From assembly GCF_009914755.1 (NCBI RefSeq), contig NC_060928.1: a stretch of 64,000 nt of DNA. One strand, 5' to 3'. Positions within the stretch are counted from its first letter, which is position 1. Every line of letters begins with the position of its first letter. This document shows positions 44,591-57,928 of the stretch, piece by piece. Under the pieces are notes generated by a model. It ran no database searches. It saw only the letters and a program-made list of their open reading frames with translations, and had not been told where the DNA came from. Made by a program: the position numbers and the translations under genes. The DNA is from the human T2T-CHM13v2.0 reference genome, Homo sapiens.

Positions 44591-45751
44591 TATATTAGTC
44601 TGGGTTCTCCAGAGAAAGAACCAATAGTTCTTTAAACAATATATCTGTATATTTATAATAGAATATATATTTCATAAATATCTTTATCTAGATAGATATA
44701 GAGTAATGTATCACTTAATGAAGATACATTCTGAGAAATGCATCATTAGGCAATTTTGTCATTGTGCAAACATCATAGAGTGCACACACACAAACCTAGA
44801 CAGTGCAGCCTACTACACCCTTTGACCATATGGTATAGCCTATTGTCCCTAGGCCACAAACCTGAGCAGCATGTTACTGTACTGGATACTGTAGTCAATT
44901 CTAACATAATGGTAAATATTTGTATATCTAAACAAAGGAAAAGTGCAATAAAATATGGTACAAAAGATTTTTTTTAAGTACACCTGTATAGGGCACCTAC
45001 CATGAATGTAGCTTGCAGGACTGAAAGTCAGTGAGTGAGTGGTGAGTGAATGTAAAGGCCTAGGACATTACTTTATACTACTGTAGACTTTATGAACACT
45101 TTACACTCAGGCTATACTAAACTTATTTTTTAAATAAAGTAATTGCACTATGATGACAGGTATGATGTCACTAGGTGATAGGAATTTTTCAGCTCCTTTA
45201 TAATCTTACAAGACCACCATTGTATATGCAGTCCCTCATTGAGATGTCATTATGAAGCACAAGACTTCATATCTATTAGATATATATTTATTGTTTCTAG
45301 ATAAATGGATAGAGATTTGTTATACAAAATTGGCTTACACAATTACAAAGGCTGAGAAGTCCTAGATTGTGTAGTCAGCAAGCTGGAGATCCAGGAAAGC
45401 TGATAGCATAGTTCCAACCTGAGTCTGAAGGCCCAAGAACCATGAGATCTGGTGAAGTAAGTTCCAGTCCAAGTCTGAAAGCAGTAAAAGATCAAAGCCT
45501 TAGCTCAAAGGCAGTCAGAGGAGAGGAAATTTCTCTTACCTGGCAGCGTCAGCCTTTTTGCTCTATTCAGGCATTGACTGGATGAAGCCCACCCCAGTTT
45601 CATGGGGAGGGCAGTCTGCTTTCCTTGTCCTGCTAATTCAGATGTTGGTCTCATCCTAAAACACTCTCACAGGCACACTCAGCATGATGTTTAACCCAAT
45701 ATCTGGGAATCCCATGGCCCAGTTAAGCTGACATACAAAATTAACCATCAC
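44591..45751 (-). mobile_element. ERVL solo LTR (MLT2B/C-like) interrupted by Tigger3
   Basis: 'tattagtctgggttctccagagaaa' at one end and 'ttaagctgacatacaaaattaaccatcac' at the other. Confidence 0.85.
44701..45268 (-). mobile_element. Tigger3 (GOLEM) non-autonomous element, Tigger3c-like
   Basis: 'gatacattctgagaaatgcatcattaggcaatttt', 'gtcactaggtgataggaatttttcagctcc'; inserted in the TA-rich tract of the MLT2 LTR. Confidence 0.88.
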
Positions 45752-47791
45752 TAGATTACATTCTCTTATTCAGAAACATGTGAAATACATTTAAAAACAA
45801 ATCTACAGAGAATAGTAAACAAGAACGAATGGAGCAGAAAGGAAGAATGTAACTGACATATAGCTTTTGATGTTATTAGGTCAAGACCTTCACAAGCTGG
45901 ACCTTCAGTTTGAATTCGTGTGCACAATTCATGTATCAGGAATAACAATTCACAACATAACACGTAATTACATTCCATTTTCACTGGTCTTTTTTTTAAA
46001 CTGTGTTATTCTTTCTCTACATTGTCATGATTTTATCTTTTAAAATAGAAAAATCTTTTGGTCATACTCATTCACAGATTTCTTAGATTTTTATTCCATT
46101 TATGAACAAAAGAAAGAAATAACTTTGCAAACCTACTATGTTCAAGTCCTCAAAACCAAATCATATATAAAAGTTAAGGATATTACTAGCAGATTATCCT
46201 AAAGGATAGAATAACATTTTGGCTTTATCTCTTTTCATTCATCCAATCAAAAACCTAAAAAAAATTAATTACACATATACGTTTTTGATAATTAAGCAAA
46301 ATATATACCAACTAATTTTTCTAGAGGGTTACGGTCAGTGTGGAGATGCTTCAGTGACTGTGAATTAGAAAGCCAGTCATCAGCCTCTAACTTGTCTTCT
46401 GCTGACCAAGGGCTATGGCTTTGACACTGAGGTGATCTTGCTCATCTCTGGATTTTGAAGACCTGGGACTACATATCTGCTAAATGCTTTTTTTGAATCA
46501 AAGTGAATTAAGAGGTAGGAACTACAAGAAAAGTCTGACTTTCTCCTACACTAATGTAATTTCCACTTTAGGAACAATAGTAACCTACTTGGTGACCATG
46601 CTTTAGAAATCACACTTCCTGGGAATTTGAAAAGACACAAATAACAAAGAACCAAGAAGAAACATGTCACTTTCAGTGAAACTGTTGCTTGAGAAAATAG
46701 AATTACACTAACCATGAAAAGTAAGACCTCAAAAGTGGGAAATTCTCTTTACCACCCCTGTCTCCAAGGACCCACAAGGAAGCTACAGAGAAAAGTAAAA
46801 TAGCTGAATGTGGTACCTATTATGTCAAGAAAATGAAGAAATCATCCAGGAAATCATCTTATAAAATCACAATAACTGCAGTCTAAATAGACATTTAACA
46901 GTAAAAATCAAATGGAAATGTGTTCATATGGAAAGGTGCTAGAATGGTCAAAAATCAACCAATAAGCCTTGGGGTAATAAAGAAACAAGTCACTGTGAAC
47001 AGTGTTGTCATGATTGATTTAAGACTTTGGCAGCATAACACGTTCTATTTAAATACATTTTTTCCATAATTCTCTCTCTCTCTCAGACCTGTAACTTCCA
47101 GAATAAGTATTAACTACAAGGAAAAGATAAAAATTTTGTTGAGATGGTTTGCATTTTAATATGTTAATACTTTGGATACGAAATATGAATTAAACATAAA
47201 AAAAGTTTACCTATTCTTTTTAGGGGCCTCAGAAGCAAAAATAAATAGGTTTCCAAAAGAACAAATAAATACATGGGTTTTGTATTTAATCACATATGTG
47301 AGATTACACAGGACACAATAATAGACAGCTGCTTGTTCAGACTGATTTTTAAATAAATGTCCTCATTTCAGTACAAGCAAAATAAAGAGAACATTGATCA
47401 ATGTTTGGCATTCAAGATTTTTCTTTATTAAAACATCAGCAAGTTACTAGTTCCCTATCTGGAAACTGTGTAAATAGAAATCCTTCCAGGAGCTGTAAAT
47501 TTTTTTTCTATTACCAAACCTTAGAAAATTTCTGTATAAACTCTCAAATTGTTTCTCAAAATTATTATTTTGGAAACAAGGTTCTTGTGATTTACTTAGC
47601 AATAATGACAGAGAACATTACAGATAGTGAAGTCATTGAAATTACAACTTAAAGTTTAGAACAGAAATGAAGATTCATTTTTTGAAAGCTAATGTGAAAG
47701 AAACTTATTACTAGACTGAAAAGCAAAGACTTCTGAAACAAAAAGCAATATTTAATGTAGCTTGTCTAAATGACCAAGTGAAAACTATATA

Positions 47792-47870
47792 TCAGGTTGT
47801 TGCAAAAGTTATTGAGTTTTTCACATTAAAAGTAATGGCAAAAACTGCAATTACTTTTGCACCAACCTAA
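47792..47870. mobile_element. MADE1 (Hsmar1-derived MITE), palindromic
   Basis: TCAGGTTGTTGCAAAAGT...ACTTTTGCACCAACCTAA, 79 bp, TA on both sides (47790-47791, 47871-47872). Confidence 0.95.
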
Positions 47871-49731
47871 TATATACTAAGCAAAATGAAATCTAATTAT
47901 GCAGGTTCCAGGATAGATCACTCATTGTTGAACAATTGACTGTCAACTACTATCCAGGGAATTTTATAGACAATAGGGGTAGATTATACAGACATATTCA
48001 ACCCAATGGCAGAGACATTATATCACGCTTAAAAAAAGAGAGAGAGAGAAGTGCTTTCTCTCTTAGCTATAAAACAGCAAAAAAGAAATTCTAACAGAGA
48101 TTAGTCATCATGTTCAATGAAATTAATGCAAAAATGCTCAAAGACAATCTCCACCATTACTTCATTTTTCCTTCAGCCTACAAAATGAACAACGTCTACA
48201 TTTTTAGGAAACGTCATGAAATTTTGCCCAATTATCTCATTCTATGTATTTCTCATATGATTCCTTTTGTTGTCTATACCTCTTTTTAGTATCATCTACT
48301 GTTAGAAACAAACAACTAAAAAAGAGTTTCTTTTTTGCACAACTCTTTTGTTGATTAAATGTGGGTTAGCTAGTTTCAGTACCTCAATGGCAACTGGAGT
48401 CTGTTCCTATTTCACTATGTGTGCTTCAACAATCAGGGACAGTATGGGCGTGTTAGAAAGTCATATGATTAACTAGCCTTGCATTCAACATACTTCAGAA
48501 GGCTCATGAAGCATGGTACTAACTAAGAGTCAGAAGTCCTTTGCCCCTGAAAATAACAATATAACACAGGAACTGAAACAGGAAAAGTTCCCTAATCCCC
48601 ATCACAAGGCGTGTGATGAGGTGTGGCTCACTTCTTTGGTGCCTCACTGCTAATACCCCTAGGCGGAGCATGCAAACAGGCAGCTCATAGGGAGCGCTGA
48701 CCCCACAGCAGTGTCTAGGGTTGAGTGCTCGCAGCTCCCAAAGCCCCAGCGTGCGTGTGCTATAGTGCACTCTTTCAGCTTTGCTGTCTGCAGGTGGCGT
48801 GTGTTAATCAGCTCTATTAGACCCTCAGCCTTATTGCAAGGACAGAGGGCTTTCTGTATCCCCGGTACTTGCCTTAGTGTACCGGAAAAATCAGATCACA
48901 TGTGGACCTAGAGAATGAGTGCACGGTTTTATTGAATGGTGGAAGTGGCTCTCAGCAGATGGATGGGAGGCCAGAAGGGGAATGGAGTGGGAAGGTGGTC
49001 TTCCCCTAGGGTCGGGCCACCCAGTGGCCGGGCTATCCTCCAACCACACTTGGCCAAACTCCACATCGTGTCATTGTAGATGGCATGCCAGCATCTGCTC
49101 ATGTTTTTCGGTGTGTTCTTCTGCTGATGTGTTCCTCTCAACGTCCGGTCACTTGTGTCTGTGCCTGCTAAGGTCTCGGAGTTTTTATAGGCACAGGATG
49201 GGGGCATAGCAGGCCAGGGTCATCTCGGCAAATGCAACATTTGGGTGCAAAAACAGGAGTGCCTGTCCTCAACTAGGACTATGGGCACAGGCCCGAGGAT
49301 GGAGCCCTCACCAAGAACCCTGCCCTTCTCCCAGCACTTCCCAGCCCCTCTCCCTTATCATTTTCCTCCTCTGAAGAAGTACATCTAACTGCCATTAAAA
49401 TATGGATGATGATCGGTCTTAGCTGCTTCCTGCTGACAGGGCCATTGTTTTGGGTAAAATGGCAGTCAGATTCCTCCCAGAGGTTAATCTAACGGTTCCT
49501 TGCAAAGGGGAGCCATCACCTGAGGCTCTGGTTGCCTGACCATTTGGAGTTTGATGGCTTCTAGGCATGAGAGAAAAAAAAAAGTTTTATAAAGTTAAGT
49601 ATGCATGGTTTAAACATGTGTATTATACAAGGAAAGAATTTAGTGCCAAAGATTACAGAGATAAGAAGTGAAATATACTAACAACAACATTGTACCCAGA
49701 GCTGTTTCTGGTGAAAAAAATTAAACCTTGT

Positions 49732-50059
<328 letters not shown>

Positions 50060-50699
50060 TTAGAAGAAAGATAACTGTTCTTGCCACATCTGTAGCCGTT
50101 AACAGGTGTACACTGAGAATTCTGGGGTTTTTGGCCTTGCACAGTGGCCATTCAAGCTTTTGCCTCTTTCTTGTGTTTCCCTTTCTCTACTGTAAAAGAC
50201 TGAGGTGGCCGCTTTCAGGAGGTCTTCTAATGTACTATCTGGTCCTGGGGCCTGTTTTTGTAGCTTCCTCCTGATGTCAGGAGCTGCCTGAGTAATAAAT
50301 TTATCCTATAGGGTTAGCTTTCCCTGGACTCAATCAGGAGATAGAGAGGTGTGCATTACCAAGGCCTCTCTTAGCCTCTCCAGGAAGGCAGTGTGATTTT
50401 CATCAAATCCCTGGTCAATCATAGACAACTTAGTATAATTGAGAGCTTGGTCTTAGTCCTACGTAAGCCCTCCATTATGCACACTTGAAAGTGTCTCCTC
50501 TTCCAGTCTCCCATCTCATCATTGGGATCCCATTTAGGGTCATTCACTGGTACTGCTTCTCTTCCAGATGGATACTGTTTTTTCCCTTCTCTGACGCTAT
50601 ATGTGGTGCAAAGCTCATCACCAAATCTCTCTGCTGCTTGCAGAGTGGCCTGTTTCTCAGTGTCTGTCAGGTTCTAATTCAAAAGTAACATAATGTCTC

Positions 50700-51346
50700 T
50701 TCAGGAGAGTTCAAATATTTGCGTGAAATTCTGGAAAGCCGCTATATATCTATCAGGGTCATCTCAAAACTTGCCAAGATCCCCCTTAATTTGCTTTTAC
50801 TGGGTCCAAATTCACTGGGCATTTGTTGAAGGGGCAAGAGTGAGACTGGGGCTTGTTTAGGGTGAGGATTTTTAGGAGGGGGTGAGTGAGATGCTGAAGC
50901 TGAATAGGGAGGTCAAGGTGGACCCGGAGGAGCAGGGCTTGAGGGACCTGCTTCCTCTGCTGGGAGTGCCTCCAGAGCTCTTTAATTCCCCAGGCTTACC
51001 CCTTGCAGTCTTTCCTGAGATGGAAAGCAGGAGGGCTGGATCAACTCTACACTATCAGCAAAGGTCTGGATTGCCTTGCAAAGTATAGAAAGCCTGCACA
51101 TTTGGGGCCTCGGACCATCTGTCCTCACATCTACAGAAAAGTTCTAAGTGCTGGATGATATTGAAATGAATGGTTCCTTCCTGAGGCCAAGTCTGTCCTT
51201 GCTGTAAATCATAATTTGGCCAAACCATTGTTCAGAGAGCTATGAATCATTTTTCCTACAGATTCTGAGGGTCAAAACAGTCCCAATAGTTCAGGATACA
51301 CTCCAGAAGAATAAGTTGGGGGTGGTGAAGACAGCCAGTTGACCAT
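50700..51346 (-). pseudogene. gag: Degenerate class I ERV gag (matrix region onward)
   Basis: Hand translation gives LECILNYWDCFDPQNL...VWPNYDLQQGQTWPQEGTIHFNIIQHLELFCRCEDRWSEAPNVQAF, resembling HERV-W/ERV9-type Gag N-termini, with stops. Confidence 0.8.
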
Positions 51347-52447
51347 TCTGAAAGACAGTAAATAGAGGTTTACTTCATTCCCTTCCTTCTTTCAGCAAAA
51401 ACACAGGGTGTGATGAAGAGAGAAAGCAAAGCAGGCATCCTCCCTTCCCTTCCACCTCTTATCCCTGAGTCCTGGTGACCTTGACAGGTGTTAGCCATAG
51501 ATACCCATGAGGTATCTGCCCACGAAGCAGGGAAAACCTAGAGAATGGGAATTAACCGCCATCACCTATGCCTCCATTTTTTCCTGCTGTGGACAACCTG
51601 TGAGTTCCCTGGGCCTGTTTATGCCATGGGGTTTTTCTTTCTAGGGCCACAGCCTGAAGCTTGGAATCGAGTTTGGGACTGAAAAGGTATTTCAGAGGCT
51701 GTTTGTACCTGTTTAGAGTGTGTCAAATGAGCCCTGCCAAATGTGCAGTTATCAGCCAGAAGGGGCTGTTCCTCCATCAACTTCCCTATCAGAAACAGAG
51801 TGCTGGGAGGGGTCAGTCCTCTCACACGAAACGGAAAAAGAGAAAAACAGTATAAGGGGCAAAAGGGAAGGTCCTGGGGGAAGAACGCCTTGTTCAGTGC
51901 AAGTGAGTCGCTTTAATCCCTGTATCCTTCCCCAGTTCAGACCCGGTTGAATTCCTCGGCCAGGATAGAAATGCTCTGTTGGCACGGGGGACGAGACGTG
52001 CCCTGTGGGGTCCTGGCCACCGCCGCGGTTTTCTAATGCCCCCCAACCCCTGTGGCTGTGCTCAGGCACCCGAGCTGGGAGGGGAGAGGGTAAGGGGAGC
52101 TGTCTTGAGCTGCGTGGGTCTGCAGCTGTTGGGGTGGAAGTGAAGATGGCACCTCTAGGAGCAATTGGTCTGATTTGCACCTTTGATGGCTGCACTCATT
52201 TTACTTAGTAACATGGCTGCAGCCTGTAGCAAAACTCCTAACATTATAAAACAAGAGAAAAGAGCTATTTCAAACTATGAGAAAGAGAAAATAGACGAAG
52301 TCTGGGTGTTTTGACTAGCCCGGTCAGGGCAGTTTAAAACTCCGTGAAGGTAAATAGAGCCTGTTACTTGCAGGAAAGAGAGAGAGATGGCAGGGTTTTG
52401 GAAAAGAGACAGATCTGACAGTTGTGCATTCACACTCACTTTCCAGG

Positions 52448-52464
52448 ATCCCAGATAAGCCCCA
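52448..52464 (-). promoter_or_regulatory. Retroviral primer-binding site, tRNA-Pro type
   Basis: Minus strand TGGGGCTTATCTGGGAT two nt after the 5' LTR, versus the Pro PBS TGGGGGCTCGTCCGGGAT (CpG decay and one missing G). Confidence 0.85.
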
Positions 52465-53681
52465 GTTGAAATGGGAAAAATTCCCTTATACCCCTCGCAG
52501 GTCCTGCGATGAGGGCGTGGCTCACTTTTTCAGTGCACCACTGCGCATACCACTAGGGAGAACATGCATATGGCGAGATGATGGGGAGCATGGGCTCCAA
52601 CCCCGCAGCAGTGTCTAGGGTTGAGTGTCTATAGCTTCCGAAGCCCCAGTGTGCGTGTGTTACAGTGCGCTCTTTCAGTTTTGCCATCTGCTGGTGGCAT
52701 GTGTTAATCAGCTCTATTAGACCCTCTGCCTTATCGCAAAGAAAGATGGCTTTCTGTATCCAGGTTCCTGCCTTAGTGTACTGGAAAAATCAGCTCACAC
52801 ATGGGCTTAGAGAATGAGTGCAAGGTTTTATTAAATGGTGGAAGTAGCTCTTAGCAGATGCACGGGGAGGCCAGTAGGAAGGTGGTCTTCCCGTGGAGTC
52901 GGGCCACCCAGCTGCCAGGCTCTCCTCCCACCGCCCTCGGGCGAACTCAGCGTCATGCCGCTATAGATGGCCTGTGGTGTCTACTGCTGTCTACCAGTGT
53001 GTTCTTCTGCCGGTGTGTTCCTCTCGACGTCCAGCCACTTGTGTCTGTGCCCGCTAGAGTCTTGGGGTTTTTATAGGCACAGGATGGGGGCATGGCAGGC
53101 CAGGATGGTCTTGGGAAATGCAACATTTGGCATGAAAACAGGAGTGCCTGTCCTCACCTAGGACTGTGGGCACAGGCCTGAGGGTGGAACCCTTGCTAGG
53201 GACCCCAGTTTTCTCCTCCCAGCACTTCCCTGCCTCCCGTATCAGAACCATGAATCTAAAAGCACTTAACATTTTTTTAAATAGAATTTTTGGACAGTTT
53301 ATGGGTATTAGTATAGACTTTACCACTGTTTCCCTGCGTAGTTTAGACGTCTTTCCTGTGTCTCCAATTTCTCCTCAGTGAAAGGGGGAACATTATTAAT
53401 GTATTATTTCCAGACATGATTATTTTACAAAACTTATTTATATAAAAGTATGTTTATGTAACAGGAATTGGAGAAAAGTATTTAGACATTTCACGGAATC
53501 ACTATTAAGTTGTAGAGAACCTGAATCCCAAAGCAATGTTGAAGAATTTTAAACATATGATCCTACTTGTGTGTGCTAAAAATAACAAGAAAAGTCAATC
53601 TGCAAGCTACTTGAAAAACAAAGACAACTAAGTCTCTATGAGTGGGAAAACATCAGCATAATTTATTAAATACACATTCAC

Positions 53682-53866
53682 CACTTTGGAAGGCCAAGCT
53701 GGGAGGATCACTTCAGCCCAGGAGTTCAATACCAGCCTGGACCCCATGGTGAAACCCAGCCCCTACAAAAAATACAAAAAAAAAAATTGCCAGGTGTGGT
53801 GGCAGGTGCTTATAGTCTCAGCTACTCAGGGCAACAGAGGAGACCCTGTCTCAAAAAAAAAAAAAA
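53682..53866 (+). mobile_element. AluJ-class element, 5'-truncated with large right-arm deletion
   Basis: 'ggaggatcacttcagcccaggagttc' J-type left arm; 'cagctactca|gggcaacag' junction; A tail. Confidence 0.88.
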
Positions 53867-54588
53867 TTAACGTCTTATTTGCCTCATGCTTAATCTTATT
53901 TTCTTCATGCTTAATCAAGAAAAATCTACAAAGCATGAAACATAGAGTCTGGAACATGGTAGATATATAATAATGCTGATCGCCAGCCTATTCACCCAGG
54001 TGAGAGGCAGGAGATACTTCTCTCTTCCGTTTTCTTTATCTCCCTCTGCTCCTGTTTTCTGTATGTTTATGTGTACATAATAAGATCCTTTCCAGACCTA
54101 TCACCACACTCACTTCTGCAAAGCCTTCCCTTGATCTCCAAGCCACCTTGTACTACTTAATACCTCAAGCATTTACATGGTTTGTACCTGATTGTGTAGT
54201 TTGTACCAAGTAGTTCTTTATGTCTAGGTATCTTATCGCCAAATGAACTTGTAAGTCCTTTGAAGACAGAAACTATAGATTCATTGCTTTCTATGATACC
54301 TATATTTAACTGGTTTATGTATGCATAAAGACACACATGCATACACACACAATGCTTACTCAATATCATACTATCCGATTATTCTGCCTCTATAACTAAA
54401 GGACAGAGGTGATGGACCGAAGACAAGTTGTAGATGTGATCTCCGCTTTACTAGAGTAAATGTGGTAGTTCTGTTACATATAATACACACCAATAAACTG
54501 GGAAAGTTACTTTCTGAAGATCAAAAAAGAGGAAATGGGTTCTAGCTATAACAAAGAAGATTTTTGTCCATTTCCTGAGGATAAAGTG

Positions 54589-54829
54589 CAGCTGATCCTT
54601 GAACAACATAGGTTTGAACTGCATGAATCCACTTTTAGGAGGATTTTTTTTTCAACCAAAGTGGATCAAAAATGTATGTACTGGATCTATGTATGTGAAA
54701 CCCATATAAGGAGGGCTGACTTTATATTTACATAGGTTCCACAGGACTGACTTTGGGACTTGAATATGTGTTGGTTTTGGCATATGTGAAGGTCTTGGAC
54801 CAATCCCCAAGTATATAGAGAGATGGCTA
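54589..54829 (-). mobile_element. MER8 (Tigger-derived MITE)
   Basis: 'cagctgatccttgaacaacataggtttgaactgcatgaatccactt...gggacttgaatatgtg...ccaatcccc'. Confidence 0.8.
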
Positions 54830-56132
54830 TAATTATTACATGATCTGAAATGACTATATCCTATATGAGTAGTTTGATGATTTTCTCCATCGGTGTGGTC
54901 AATTTGATATACCAATCAAAATTATTACAAGCTAAAAATTTTAATTCAAAAATATTATATACTTTTACCAATATCTTGAATGGAGATTTGTCAATACTTC
55001 AGTGGAGACACTCTCCTCTGTTGATTTCTGTTGGTACTAGATTCTCAAATGACTGATTTCTAAGTCAGAAAAACTGAATGGCTTTAAAAGTTCCATCACA
55101 GTTTTAAGAATCTACAAAATTTTGTTTCTAGGCACATTATTTGATGTCCATCTCAAAATCAAACAGCATAAAGAACACTAACATGAAGTAATTTTCTACA
55201 TGTGCAAAAACATAAGTTAGATGAAAAAACATCTTCAAATGTGTTAAAATTTGTTTTTCAGATGCATCTTGTTTTTAAACGAAATGTCAGTATATGATTA
55301 TAAAGTTCTAAATGCACTATTTTAATCAAGTATAGGAATAAATCATGGACTTCAGGGCAAAATGTTATTTCATCCAGTGCAAGCAGAAAATAATTCCCAA
55401 CAGAGAAAATAAATACTGTAAATGTGAGGTAAAAACCAAGTCTCACTGTATTCAAAGAAACTAAGAAAAAATCTTATTTCCCTTCTGCAGTCCCTCTTGA
55501 CTGATGGTCCTTCACTCTTATATGTAGAAAATCACCACAAAAACCAAAAGAAATTGTAGTATGTCTTGAGATGAAGTATCATACATCCATTAAAATAATA
55601 ATTATGACTATTAAAACATAAAATTATTAATAAAAATACAAAATCATGTACAATGTTAATAAATATGTAAATTTGTAAGTGCATTTTGTATTAGTTTAGC
55701 AAAATTGTTTAATTATGACAAAATGTATATTTAAATAAAAGAACAATGAGAGTAAAAAGTTTTGTTAGAATGACATGCCTCTGGCTTTAGTTTTTACTTA
55801 CATTTTTTAAGATACTTAAATATTGTCTCCTAATTAAAGTTGACATTTAAAAGTATTAACTTTAAAATAAAGCTGCTTTCTAGAAATATGTCTTATTGAA
55901 GTCTACATTTAATAGAATTTTTTTTCTTTTCTGAAAATTAAGTCAGTGCCATCTTTAGACTTTTGACATATCTATTCTCTAAGATTTACAAAAGATGGTA
56001 GCTTTTTAATCACACCAAAGAAGTTGGCTTTTAATTGCTAGTTCAATAGACTTCTCGGTTTTTGTTCCTAAGTTTCCCTGCAACCATTGATATTACTGAA
56101 CACACTAGACTTTATTAAAGATTTATCTTCTC

Positions 56133-56411
56133 ATCTGGGCACAGTGGCTCACGCCTGTAATCCCAACACCTTGGGCCACCGAGGCGGGCGGATCACAAGG
56201 TCAGGAGTTCCAGACCAGCTTGACCAACATGGTGAAACCTCGTCTCTACTAAAAATACAAAAATTAGCCTGGTATGGTGGCACGTGCCTGTAATCCCAGC
56301 TACTCAGGAGGCTGAGGCAGGAGAATCGCTTGAACCCAGGAGACAGAGGTTGCAGTGAGATGAGATCCAGCCTGGGCAACAGAGTGAGACTCTGTCTCCA
56401 AAAAAAAAAAA
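56133..56411 (+). mobile_element. AluSg-like with 14-nt right-arm deletion
   Basis: 'gatcacaaggtcaggagttc'; GAGATC|CAGCC junction; TSD 56117-56132 / 56412-56427 with 2 mismatches. Confidence 0.93.
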
Positions 56412-56429
56412 AAAAATCTATCTTCTCTT

Positions 56430-56970
56430 GGTGTCTTTCTCCATTGTTTCTTTACACCATTCCTTTTCTGCTTACCTACTGCCCTAAAGCTAAACCTGCT
56501 TCAAGAGTGGAAACAGATTTCAGAGATTCGTCCTCTTTTCTCAGATATTTTTCTTTATTTAAACTCTTTACTTCAGCTATATATATTACATCTAATGTGA
56601 GGATGTACAGATTGAATCTCCAACCACACAATGTCACTCCTAGGTTCCAATGCTGAAATTCCAATTTTCTGCCAGATTGTTCTGCCTAACTATTCACTAG
56701 AAATCTGAATTAACGTTGCCAAGACCAGCTTTATTATATTCCCCTCAAAACAATATTCTTACACCAACAACACATTTCTGTTACTTAAAGTACTATTCTA
56801 CCTTTATAACAAGCCTGAAATGTGGGAGTCATTGGGAGTCATTACTCCACCTCTCTCTCCTTTATGCCCAAATCATTGGTCAAATATGACAACCTTTACA
56901 GTTGTCCCCAACTCTGGCTATTTTTACCTCCACAATTGTAGTAAGATCCTTGTCATCTTCTCTCTAGATG
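56430..56970 (+). mobile_element. L2 fragment (probably resumes ~57990-58400)
   Basis: 'caagcctgaaatgtgggagtcatt...ctccacctctctctcctt' L2-like; diverged. Confidence 0.55.
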
Positions 56971-57010
56971 GGCAGTTTTCAAAATGGTCAGAATATACTA
57001 AAAAGGGTAA

Positions 57011-57353
<343 letters not shown>

Positions 57354-57374
57354 AAATGTTTTATAATATCTATA

Positions 57375-57393
57375 AGATAGATAGATGATAGAC

Positions 57394-57424
<31 letters not shown>

Positions 57425-57527
57425 AGATAGATAGATGATAGATTAGATAGATAGATAGATAGATGATAGATTAGATAGATAGATAGATGATAGATTAGAT
57501 AGATAGATAGATAGATAGATGATAGAT

Positions 57528-57577
<50 letters not shown>
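57375..57577. repeat. Complex (AGAT)n tetranucleotide repeat, ~200 bp
   Basis: AGAT runs separated by four copies of AGATGATAGATT. Confidence 0.97.
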
Positions 57578-57612
57578 TTATAAACAAACAATCCAATATC
57601 GTAGTGCAGTAG

Positions 57613-57928
<316 letters not shown>

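Noticed and set aside
51752-52195. 147-aa Pro-rich ORF in the provirus
   Set aside because: Lies in the GC-rich leader upstream of gag, where long open frames arise by composition; no retroviral motif.
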